Source: a virus (taxonomy: Duplodnaviria; Heunggongvirae; Uroviricota; Caudoviricetes). From it: a stretch of 64,000 nucleotides of DNA. The notes under the pieces were generated by a model. That model was not told the DNA's origin. It searched no databases and worked only from the letters and a program-made list of their open reading frames with translations. Numbering within the stretch: the stretch's first letter is position 1; every line of letters starts with the position of its first letter. The position numbers were made by a program, and so were the translations under genes. Below are positions 48,503 through 57,285 of this stretch, in pieces. Location of the stretch: the IMG/VR virus record IMGVR_UViG_3300031760_000008, positions 76,337-140,336 of that record; one strand, 5' to 3'.

Positions 48503-49222
48503 CTATATATTTTCCAGATATTCTATCTCTTTATCATGCTTTTTAGCATAATCTATGTATAATTGAGTAGTTTTTCCAATGTATTTGTCTTTATTATAAA
48601 CGAATAAGATATCAGAAATTAGTATTTCGTCTTCTATTAACTGATTTAATAATACTTGTTCTTCTTCAAATAATTCAGGATTCTTTAATGATGAAGAAAA
48701 AACCATATTTCCTTGTAAACATAAATCTGTGTATTTCTGGTTTATATCATCATTAAATTTTTTAGCTCCAACAAGTGTTATTATTTTTCTAGGTTTGTGT
48801 TTCAAATAGTTTACCAAATCAGTATCAAAAATGTTTAAGTATTTTTTATAAATCATATCACTATCATATTCATCAATATGTACACGTTCTTCTTCAAGTT
48901 GATCTATATAATCTTTAGGAGTATATTCACCTGTTCTAAACATATCTAAAGAAACAAATAAATCAGCCATAAAGTCAGCTATATTTTCTTTATCTATAAA
49001 ATTTTCTTCACTAAAATATAAAGCATATACTACTGCTGTTAAAATATTTTGTAAACTATGATTAAGTTCTTCTTCAAAAGCTATGGCATAGTCTCTTCTA
49101 AAATTTGTGTCAATTTGATTTTCAAAAGATCTAATCCAATCTACTAATTTTGATTTATCTTTATCTCTAGCTGCTTTTTCTAATCTTCTTAATTCATTTC
49201 TATTAATCAAACTTCCCATCAT
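48503..49222 (-). CDS. Two-domain protein with a degenerate DUF4406/nucleoside-deoxyribosyltransferase-like C-terminus
   Basis: ITLVGAKKF..QGNMVFS..SDILFVYNKDKYIGKTTQLYIDYAKKHDKEIEYLE. Confidence 0.45.
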   Translation of the reverse strand: MMGSLINRNELRRLEKAARDKDKSKLVDWIRSFENQIDTNFRRDYAIAFEEELNHSLQNILTAVVYALYFSEENFIDKENIADFMADLFVSLDMFRTGEYTPKDYIDQLEEERVHIDEYDSDMIYKKYLNIFDTDLVNYLKHKPRKIITLVGAKKFNDDINQKYTDLCLQGNMVFSSSLKNPELFEEEQVLLNQLIEDEILISDILFVYNKDKYIGKTTQLYIDYAKKHDKEIEYLENI

Positions 49223-49240
49223 ATACTCCTATTCTTGTTA

Positions 49241-49912
49241 TCAATCTTCCATTATAGTTAATTCAGCAAAATCTTCAGGATCCATTTCTGTATTATATTC
49301 TATATTTCCAAATATCTCTGGCATATCTTCTTTAAACTTTAAAAGTAGTGGTATTAATAATTGATTTATTGCAGGATGAGCATGTTTTGTACATCTTAAA
49401 CTTAATACATGTTTCCATTCTCTTATATTACAAGTCATATTCACCTCTGCTGCTGTACTATGAGGTAATAACATTCTTAATTGATCTGGAGTACAACCAA
49501 TCTTACTCATCTCTAAATAAGATTCTTCAATATCCTCCATACAATTTTTCCAAAATTCATATTCAGCTGTATCTTCTTTAATATTTACTGGTTTAATAAA
49601 TTTAATTTGATTATCAAATTTATCTCTACCATAATTACAATATCTTGTACTCTCAATAGAGAAAGAAGCTATTCTATGTCTTGTTAAGTCTTTATATACT
49701 CCTATATCACAAAGCATTCTTACAGATATTTTTTCATGTTCTAAAATACTTTCATGTCCTCTATTAATACAATTTTTTAAAAGATTACTATAACTTGTAT
49801 CTGTTATAGTATTCTCTGATCTATAACAAGTTCTGCAAGCTCTTTCTAATCTTTTCATAATCTTTTTTCCATCATAGTTTTCAACTTCTATTTTAGGATT
49901 AACTACAATCAT
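49241..49912 (-). CDS. thyX: Flavin-dependent thymidylate synthase
   Basis: GHESILEH and RHRIASFSIESTRY ThyX signature; start reassigned to MIVVNPK at 49912 because the ORF-track start 49948 lies inside the promoter. Confidence 0.93.
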   Translation of the reverse strand: MIVVNPKIEVENYDGKKIMKRLERACRTCYRSENTITDTSYSNLLKNCINRGHESILEHEKISVRMLCDIGVYKDLTRHRIASFSIESTRYCNYGRDKFDNQIKFIKPVNIKEDTAEYEFWKNCMEDIEESYLEMSKIGCTPDQLRMLLPHSTAAEVNMTCNIREWKHVLSLRCTKHAHPAINQLLIPLLLKFKEDMPEIFGNIEYNTEMDPEDFAELTIMED

Positions 49913-49936
49913 TTCTGATTCTCCTTTACATTCAAT

Positions 49937-49968
49937 ATTATAACACATATTTTAAAAACTGGAACGAG
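49937..49968 (-). promoter_or_regulatory. Early/middle promoter CTCGTTCCA-N17-TATAAT
   Basis: Counted spacer 17 nt; upstream of thyX. Confidence 0.7.
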
Positions 49969-49977
49969 ATTTACCAA

Positions 49978-50013
49978 TAAAAAATAGATGTTATATATAA
50001 TATAACATCTATT
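49978..50013 (-). terminator. Intrinsic terminator after 50053..52053
   Basis: aatagatgttata/tataacatctatt. Confidence 0.7.
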
Positions 50014-50052
50014 TCTTGTATATTTATTTAATATTTTTTGGAGACACTTAAA

Positions 50053-52053
50053 TTAATCTAAAGGACCATAGCTGTTTATCATATCAGCTGATCTTTTTAA
50101 TATAGCTTTTGCCAAATCTCTATTTTTATCTATTAATTCAAATTGTTCTTGAGTTATATCCCCTCTATCTCTCCAATAGTTTGTGCTATCCCATTTAGGA
50201 AGTATTTCATAATACTCATCTGCTTCTTCAACGGTATGGCAACTTTCAGGAGTTCCTGTTACAAAATATAATTTATTTGTAGTAGTTATTCCTACTTTTT
50301 CAAGTTCATCTTCAAATGCTTTTATTTTATCATCTTCTGATTCCTCTAATTTTGATTCTTCTTTATTAGATGACTCAGCAGCTTTTAATATATTATCTAT
50401 TGTATCTGATGCAGTTGCTATATCACTTTTATAAGTTCCTAAAAATTCTGATTCTCCACCTTCTATAGTATCCCATAAATCTTGTAAAGCTTCTGATGCT
50501 GTTCTTAAAGCTTTTAAATCATTATAATCTGCTTTCATTTCTGCTTCATTTAATTTAGTCTCTATCATTCTTGTTTGTTGAGCTCTTTTTTGTAGAGCTA
50601 AGAATTCATTATTAGTTATTTCTTCATTAAAAGATGCCTCATTTAGAAAATCATCAAATTCTTTATCTGTAGCATCCATTGCTATTAGTTCATTTAATTG
50701 TTCTAATAAATCTAAATAACTTTGAGTATGTTCTTCTTTATCTTCATTTATTATTTCTAATATATCTTTAATATCCTGTTCTTTATTTTCTTCTAATGAC
50801 TCTGTTCTTTTTGAAGTTATCTTTTTAACTATTTCTTTAATTTGTTGAAGATACCAGCTTACTCTTTCATATTGTTCTTTAGAATCATTATCTAAATTAT
50901 ATCTTCTAGTTATTTGAGAATCTTTAGATTTTTTATCCCAATTTTTATATTCAACTTCATCTTTAACTCTTTGTAAATATGATTTTAAATCTTTTAAATC
51001 CCATTCAGAAGCATTTAATAAATCTTCAGGTCCTAAAACTTTAAGTTCATTTTTAGCTTCTTCAAATTCTCTTTTAGCTTTTTCATAATACTTATCTACA
51101 TATGCTTTATAATCATCATCAGATACTTCTTTAACATCCTTTAAAGCTTCTTCATATTCAGCTTTAATTCTTTTACAAATTTCAGCTACATCAGCTAAAT
51201 CTACTTGGCTTTCACTAATTCCATTATATTTATCACAATCTTTATATGAAGGCAATTTACTGTATTCATTATAAGTTAATCCTTCTAAATAATCAACTCT
51301 TATAGATAAATAAACCCTACCATCATCTTTTAAATATGAAATAGGAACCCCATTACATATATAACCTCTAAAATGATTTCCATCATCTGAAAAATCTTCT
51401 TCAGGAAATCTTTCTATACCATATTTTTTAAAATTTAATTTATCTTCTTCTAATATATCTACATCTTCATTTAATGCTTTTGTTTCTTCTAATTTATTAT
51501 CAGCTGATTTAACTTCCTCAGATGCTTCTACTTTTTCTTCTTCATCTTCTTCATCTTCTTTCTCTTCTTTTGCATCTTCAAAAGTTTCAGGAGCAAATTC
51601 TGTTCCTTCTTCCTCTTCTTCTGTTTCTTGATTTATTCCATTTTCTTCAGCTACAGTTTCATCAGTTTCTACTCTACCTACCATTACAAAAGCTTCCGGT
51701 ACTTGAGTACAAACAGGACATATAGCTCCTGGTTCTAATATTTCATCTGTAACAAAAGTAGCTCCACAAATAGGACATGTTTGAAGATATTGACCTTCCC
51801 ATTCTTCATCGAAAGGAATTTCACCTTCTGGAGTATCTTCAACAATTTCTTGAGCTCTTTCAATAACTTCTTCATATTCTTCACTATTTACTTTAGGATC
51901 TGTAACTACTAATATGTTATCTACTATCCCTTCTACATCATTTACATCTTTACTATCATCTAGTTCATCGTAAAGAGCTTTTAATGTAGCTTCTTGTAAA
52001 TTCATTTTTTCTTTTTCCATTTTAAAACTCCTTTCTAAATTATATTCCAGCAA
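50053..52053 (-). CDS. Acidic polyprotein with Zn ribbon and LxE linkers (putative internal head protein)
   Basis: CPICG..CPVC; LEETKALNEDVDILEED, RTESLEEN, LNEA and KEESKLEES linkers. Confidence 0.55.
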   Translation of the reverse strand: MLEYNLERSFKMEKEKMNLQEATLKALYDELDDSKDVNDVEGIVDNILVVTDPKVNSEEYEEVIERAQEIVEDTPEGEIPFDEEWEGQYLQTCPICGATFVTDEILEPGAICPVCTQVPEAFVMVGRVETDETVAEENGINQETEEEEEGTEFAPETFEDAKEEKEDEEDEEEKVEASEEVKSADNKLEETKALNEDVDILEEDKLNFKKYGIERFPEEDFSDDGNHFRGYICNGVPISYLKDDGRVYLSIRVDYLEGLTYNEYSKLPSYKDCDKYNGISESQVDLADVAEICKRIKAEYEEALKDVKEVSDDDYKAYVDKYYEKAKREFEEAKNELKVLGPEDLLNASEWDLKDLKSYLQRVKDEVEYKNWDKKSKDSQITRRYNLDNDSKEQYERVSWYLQQIKEIVKKITSKRTESLEENKEQDIKDILEIINEDKEEHTQSYLDLLEQLNELIAMDATDKEFDDFLNEASFNEEITNNEFLALQKRAQQTRMIETKLNEAEMKADYNDLKALRTASEALQDLWDTIEGGESEFLGTYKSDIATASDTIDNILKAAESSNKEESKLEESEDDKIKAFEDELEKVGITTTNKLYFVTGTPESCHTVEEADEYYEILPKWDSTNYWRDRGDITQEQFELIDKNRDLAKAILKRSADMINSYGPLD

Positions 52054-53029
52054 TTATATCATTAATAGATGTTATTGTTTTAACTAAGTCTCCATCTATT
52101 TGAACTTGACCTGATATAAAAGCTTTTAGAGGTTCTGATGAACTTCTTATAGTTATATTAATTTGACCTCCTTGAGGTACTGCTATAGTTGATTGACTTT
52201 CTCCATTATCAAATGATACTTGTACTTCCATACCTTCATCAGATAATTCATTAAATAATTGAGATGTTCTTAAAGTTATTTGTCCATCTTCTGAATCTGC
52301 ATCAAAATCTGGAGAACTTAATTTATCACCAATAATATTTAAACTTTTTGTATTTTCTTCTTTTAATCTATTTTTAATAATTAAAGATTCAGTTAAGTTA
52401 TTAACTTCTTTATATCTTCTTTCTTTTTCATCAGCATATGCAGTAGCTATTTTATCAGCTATATCTTTTAAATTTTTCTTATTTAAATCTATTTCAATAC
52501 CAAATCTTTTAGCCTGATTCTTAATATAATCACTATCATCACCATCTACTTTGTAAACATCTCTAACAGTTTTATTCATTCTATAATAGAATTCTTGCCA
52601 ATCTTCTTCAGTCCATGGTTTAACTTCTGATGGTTTTAATAACTCATCAGGAATATCTGTTAACATACCTGGTATTTTTGCTTCTGTTAAAGGCATTTCA
52701 GCTGGCTCATCATAAGCTTCTATTTGATCTATAACAGGTTTTGGTTCAAATTCAGTTACAAGATTATCAACATATGCTATTTTATAATTAGCTTGTTGTT
52801 CTCCCATCCAAATTTCAATAGCATCATCTAACTCTATTGCTCCATCTCCTATTTTATCTTCTACTTCTTTAGCTATCTTAGATATTGTTTTTTCAGTTGG
52901 ATCTCCAAATTCATCTAATTCATAATAACTTGGAGCTTCTGCGAATGTTGGATCATTTTTTGTTGTAAACCACATACCTTCTTCTGTCATACGACTTATA
53001 ACTAAATTTAAAATTTCATTTTCTTCCAT
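52040..53029 (-). CDS. Acidic multi-domain protein with LxE linkers
   Basis: PLTEAK and NLTESL..RLKEEN; first gene after the late motif at 53058. Confidence 0.5.
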   Translation of the reverse strand: MEENEILNLVISRMTEEGMWFTTKNDPTFAEAPSYYELDEFGDPTEKTISKIAKEVEDKIGDGAIELDDAIEIWMGEQQANYKIAYVDNLVTEFEPKPVIDQIEAYDEPAEMPLTEAKIPGMLTDIPDELLKPSEVKPWTEEDWQEFYYRMNKTVRDVYKVDGDDSDYIKNQAKRFGIEIDLNKKNLKDIADKIATAYADEKERRYKEVNNLTESLIIKNRLKEENTKSLNIIGDKLSSPDFDADSEDGQITLRTSQLFNELSDEGMEVQVSFDNGESQSTIAVPQGGQINITIRSSSEPLKAFISGQVQIDGDLVKTITSINDIIAGI

Positions 53030-53057
53030 AGTTATTTCACCTTTCTTATTTGTATTA

Positions 53058-53072
53058 CTATTAATATTTTAC
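53058..53072 (-). promoter_or_regulatory. Putative late promoter motif
   Basis: GTAAAATATTAATAG upstream of 52040..53029. Confidence 0.7.
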
Positions 53073-53075
53073 GAT

Positions 53076-53111
53076 AAAAATAGAAGTAGTTATGTTTATA
53101 ATAACTACTTC
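53076..53111 (-). terminator. Intrinsic terminator after 53128..53418
   Basis: gaagtagttat/ataactacttc. Confidence 0.7.
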
Positions 53112-53127
53112 CCTTTTAATTTATATA

Positions 53128-53418
53128 TTAACGATTTAATCTGTTTACCCAATCAAATAGATATAAAGCTAATTTTTGGTTTACTACTTTAGGATACATT
53201 TTTAACATAACATTTGTTTTAACCATAAATTCAACATTTATAAAATTATAACCAATACAATAAGTTTGATCTTTACAAAAAGCTATTTTAATAAATTCAC
53301 CTTTTCTTCCAAAATTAATTAATATATAATCACTACTATTTCTAGCTTGTTTAATTTTAGTCTCTATATCATTTAATAATAATCTTTCTTTAGGTTTAGC
53401 ATTAATAACTTGTCTCAT
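53128..53418 (-). CDS. Hypothetical basic protein
   Basis: 96-aa ORF with GGAGG RBS. Confidence 0.5.
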   Translation of the reverse strand: MRQVINAKPKERLLLNDIETKIKQARNSSDYILINFGRKGEFIKIAFCKDQTYCIGYNFINVEFMVKTNVMLKMYPKVVNQKLALYLFDWVNRLNR

Positions 53419-53432
53419 TAATTAAACCTCCT

Positions 53433-54302
53433 TTATTCGATATTTACATCTGTTATAGCGATCATAGGTTCTAAAACATCTTTTATTTCATAATTTATAG
53501 TATACATATCATCATCGTCCCATACAACCAATTCTTGTAATTCGTCTGGATCTTGATTATAAAATTCATCATAAGTTAAAAATACTGTATTGAATTTTCC
53601 AAATAATGATTGAAGAATTGTATTTAATTCTCCTACTGACATTGTTTGATCTATTCTATCTTGTAAATAATCTACAATAGTTTTTTCAGATCCATCTTCA
53701 TTTGTAAAGATATGATCTGGATCAGAATTATCTCCTAAATCTTCTTCAGCATCTTCTCTTAAAGGTTCTGAATTATCTTGAGCTTGCTCTTGCTCATGAG
53801 CTTCTGGATTATTCTTTTCAAAATCAGGATCTATTTTTCTCATTATATCATCAAAATATTGATCAGCTGTATCTTTCTTTCCATCCCAACCATTTTGTCT
53901 CATTTGATTAAATATTTTTGCCATATATGAAACAGATAATTTATCCATATAATTTTCAACTGATTCTTCTTCTTTAACTTTTATTCTATCTGATACATCC
54001 TTGAATCCAAATGTATCACAATAATAATATTTTCCATCTATTTCTATTATATCAGAAACAGATATTGATCTTGCTTTAGGATTCTTTTGTCTAAATCCTT
54101 TATTAGTATTTCCATATGAAAATATAGATTCTAACATTCCATCTATATCATTTTTAAATACTTTTTTGAATTCTGATAAACCTATTTCTGCTACTTTCTC
54201 GTAATCATTTAGATCTATTTCAAGGTCATCTTTCAGACCTTGAAATATTTTTCCATGATTTTCATCTATAGCTTTCATTTGATATAATATAGCATTTGAC
54301 AT
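53433..54302 (-). CDS. YodL-like domain protein with LxE linkers
   Basis: LESIFSYGN..RSISVSDIIEIDGKYYYCDTFGF YodL-type motif; then KEEES and LRED linkers. Confidence 0.65.
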   Translation of the reverse strand: MSNAILYQMKAIDENHGKIFQGLKDDLEIDLNDYEKVAEIGLSEFKKVFKNDIDGMLESIFSYGNTNKGFRQKNPKARSISVSDIIEIDGKYYYCDTFGFKDVSDRIKVKEEESVENYMDKLSVSYMAKIFNQMRQNGWDGKKDTADQYFDDIMRKIDPDFEKNNPEAHEQEQAQDNSEPLREDAEEDLGDNSDPDHIFTNEDGSEKTIVDYLQDRIDQTMSVGELNTILQSLFGKFNTVFLTYDEFYNQDPDELQELVVWDDDDMYTINYEIKDVLEPMIAITDVNIE

Positions 54303-57253
54303 TATACATTACCTCCTTTATATACTACAGGGGTTAATTTATCTACATGTTTTGCAAGTTCAGCCATATCAACATAATCTTGACGAATATCTGTATCTAA
54401 TTCATCAGGATCATCATATCCCATAGCTTTTGCAAGTTCTGTTAAATCTTCTGGTATTGTATATAAATACATTGTATCTGTTCCATCGTGATGAATATAA
54501 TTTATTGAGATTTGATTATTATCATCAGCTTCTACTCTTATCTCATCATAATCAGCCATTGTGTCTCTTAAATTCTTCTCATCTGCATATATTATTTTTC
54601 CTCCACCTGAAGTGCCATCCCATCTACCTACAGATCCTAATAAAATTAATATATCTTCTTTACATTGACTTTCTATCATAGGCCAAACACTATTTGAGAA
54701 GTCTTCATCTTTTACTTCCCATTGAGCTTGAGCGTCTTGTTCATACCAACCTGTTAACCATCTTTCTTTATCTAAAGGTGATGTCATTTCTTTTTGAATT
54801 TCTTCACAATACTCTTCATATTGTTCCTTTAAATCATCCATATTAGCTTCTATTTCTTTTTCTACTCTATCATATAATTCTGCATTTATTTCATCTAGTT
54901 CGAAATCAGTTAACTTATCTGGATCTTTATCAGGATTTTCTTCTTTATATCTTTCAGCCTCTGCTTCAAACCAAACTTCTTTAGTATCTTCTAACCACAT
55001 TTCAAATGATTTAGGAGTTTTTGCTGAAGGCTCAAATTCATCTAAATATTCTTGATATGCTTCTTCAGCTGTTTCTTCATCTCCTTCATATTCAGATGTC
55101 CATACAACTGTATTTTCAGTTAACTTTTTGTCACTATCTTTCTTTTCTTCTGATGCTACTAAACCAGCAAGTGCTCCTAATCCTCCTAAATCTAAATTAG
55201 GACTTATATCTCCAGTATCTACATTAATATTAGCATCTAGAAATTCTTCCTTTTTAGAATATAAATCATCATCATAGTTACCTTCTTCACAAGCTGCTAT
55301 ATAACCAGACATATCATAAGTTCCATCTTTATTTATTACTACAAAAACATTTTCTTTAGAATCTGCTTCAAAACTATAAGTACTTAAATCTCTAACTGTT
55401 ACAAATGCTTTTTCAAAATTAGTATTTTTAAAAGCTTCTGCAAAGTTTTTAACATCATCTTCATTGAAAAATTGTTGTGTTACCCAAAATAAATCATTAT
55501 CATTAACTCTATTATATTCTTTAAATCTCATTACATGAGGTATATTTTTCTCAAATTCTACTCCACTAAATTTTTCTTCATCTTCAGTAAGTTCTTTATT
55601 TTCTCTTTCTATTCTTTTAACATCTTTTACATCAACATTTAAGTCTCTAACATTAGAACTTTTAGCTACATCTCCTAATAATTCTTTTGCTCTTTTTTCA
55701 GCTCCTTCTTCATTAGTATATCCCATATCAATTGTCATATCTCCTTCAAAATCTACTTTAAAATCAGGAGCAATACCATTTGCCTCATTTTTCACTTCTT
55801 TAGATTCAAATACTCTATTTAAATAACTTCCTAAAGATTGACTGACATTTCTTAAATCATTAACCAATACTTTATCTTCCATTGCACCAGTTGTTCCATT
55901 AGATAATATTTGTAAATCATCTAAAGCAGTATCTATACTGTTTTTAACAGCTACTAATTCTTCTCTATTGAAATGATCTCTGCTTTCATCTAAATTTTCT
56001 TTAGATCTTTTTTCAGCTCTATCTATCATATCTTGAATTTCTTTTTCAGCAACGCCATCCATTGTTGATGGTAAATCTACAACACCCATTTCTTTTGCAT
56101 AATTATTTATATCTTCTTCTGATAACCATTCAGGTTTTTCTTTTAATTTATTATAGATTTCTCTCATTTTAGCTATTTGTCCTTGTTCATTTTTAGCCCA
56201 AAGACAATGTTCAGCATTTCTATTTCCATTTCCTAAATAATAATCACAATCAGATTTTAATCTTGAAAGTAGTCTATAATCAAATTCTTGAGGATTTTCT
56301 TCTGATTCTACTTTTTTGGATTCATCAAGATCTTCATCATTTTCTATAAAAAATTTATCCATAAACCAATCAATTGAATCTTCAAAAGCATCTTTACAAG
56401 TATCCATATCCCAATTCATTTCTTTAAATAAAGGATCATACTTAAAAGCTACATCTCCTAAAGCATTATAGACATCATTTTTCATATCTGATAAATCTAA
56501 AGAAGATTCAGTAATCTTTTTAGATTCTTCTAATAAATCATCCCAACCTCTATTTTTTAATTCAATAATTAGTTCATCATAAGTTAATCCATTTAAATAA
56601 TCTTCATCTTCCTCGCTTATATCTGGATAGTGAGCAAATACTCTAGATAAAATAGAATGTGTATCTTGTCCTTCTACCTTTACCTCTTTACTTTCATCTA
56701 AAAATTCTTCATTTTTATCGTTTATATGCATATCTAATAAATCAGATGTTACTATAGAATAAGCTTCTTCAACATCATCCCCATCATCCTCGCATTGTTG
56801 AATTGCTTCTGTAACCATATTTTGTAATTTAGGATCTACAATTAACATAGCTGCATTATAAAGATCTTCATATATTTCAGCACATTCCATTCTATATATA
56901 ATTTCTTCAAATGTAGCATTTTCATCTAAATATTCATCTTCTTCTAATACTTCATATGACTCTTCTATGTCTTCATCATCCAAATCGTACTCATGATCAT
57001 AATAAGGTTCTAAAGCATTTTTTAATAAATCATATTGATAATCTGTTTCATGAGATTCTATAAAATCTCTTATATATAGCTGAACGCCAGCGTTAGCTAA
57101 ATCAACGTAACCTTCATCATCCATTTCTAACTTTAGACCTTTATAAAAATTATCAGCTATAGCAGAGTCACAATCTTCATATATATCGTCAAAAATAGCT
57201 TGTAATTTGACTTTACCTGTCTTACCTTCATTTAAAAAGTCCATTTTAAACAT
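54302..57253 (-). CDS. Large acidic polyvalent-type protein with an LPD11-like domain and many LxE linkers
   Basis: YRLLSRLKSDCDYYLGNGNRNAEHCLWA..QIAKMREIYNKLKEKPEWLSEEDI (LPD11-like, about 56085-56290); LNEG, LDESK twice, LEESKKITES, LDESR, LTED and LTEN linkers. Confidence 0.65.
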   Translation of the reverse strand: MFKMDFLNEGKTGKVKLQAIFDDIYEDCDSAIADNFYKGLKLEMDDEGYVDLANAGVQLYIRDFIESHETDYQYDLLKNALEPYYDHEYDLDDEDIEESYEVLEEDEYLDENATFEEIIYRMECAEIYEDLYNAAMLIVDPKLQNMVTEAIQQCEDDGDDVEEAYSIVTSDLLDMHINDKNEEFLDESKEVKVEGQDTHSILSRVFAHYPDISEEDEDYLNGLTYDELIIELKNRGWDDLLEESKKITESSLDLSDMKNDVYNALGDVAFKYDPLFKEMNWDMDTCKDAFEDSIDWFMDKFFIENDEDLDESKKVESEENPQEFDYRLLSRLKSDCDYYLGNGNRNAEHCLWAKNEQGQIAKMREIYNKLKEKPEWLSEEDINNYAKEMGVVDLPSTMDGVAEKEIQDMIDRAEKRSKENLDESRDHFNREELVAVKNSIDTALDDLQILSNGTTGAMEDKVLVNDLRNVSQSLGSYLNRVFESKEVKNEANGIAPDFKVDFEGDMTIDMGYTNEEGAEKRAKELLGDVAKSSNVRDLNVDVKDVKRIERENKELTEDEEKFSGVEFEKNIPHVMRFKEYNRVNDNDLFWVTQQFFNEDDVKNFAEAFKNTNFEKAFVTVRDLSTYSFEADSKENVFVVINKDGTYDMSGYIAACEEGNYDDDLYSKKEEFLDANINVDTGDISPNLDLGGLGALAGLVASEEKKDSDKKLTENTVVWTSEYEGDEETAEEAYQEYLDEFEPSAKTPKSFEMWLEDTKEVWFEAEAERYKEENPDKDPDKLTDFELDEINAELYDRVEKEIEANMDDLKEQYEEYCEEIQKEMTSPLDKERWLTGWYEQDAQAQWEVKDEDFSNSVWPMIESQCKEDILILLGSVGRWDGTSGGGKIIYADEKNLRDTMADYDEIRVEADDNNQISINYIHHDGTDTMYLYTIPEDLTELAKAMGYDDPDELDTDIRQDYVDMAELAKHVDKLTPVVYKGGNV

Positions 57254-57269
57254 ACCTCCTACTAAATTT

Positions 57270-57284
57270 CTAATAATATTTTAC
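57270..57284 (-). promoter_or_regulatory. Putative late promoter motif
   Basis: GTAAAATATTATTAG in the 32-bp gap between the SNF2 stop and 54302..57253. Confidence 0.7.
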
Positions 57285-57285
57285 T

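Noticed and set aside
50020-50040. Possible extra late motif (atttaatattttt)
   Set aside because: Lacks the GT and TAG ends, and sits between a stop codon and a terminator rather than before an RBS
50053-57253. Calling the LxE-rich proteins the major capsid or scaffold protein
   Set aside because: No HK97-fold or long scaffold coiled-coil features recognised; they look like mosaics of unrelated small domains
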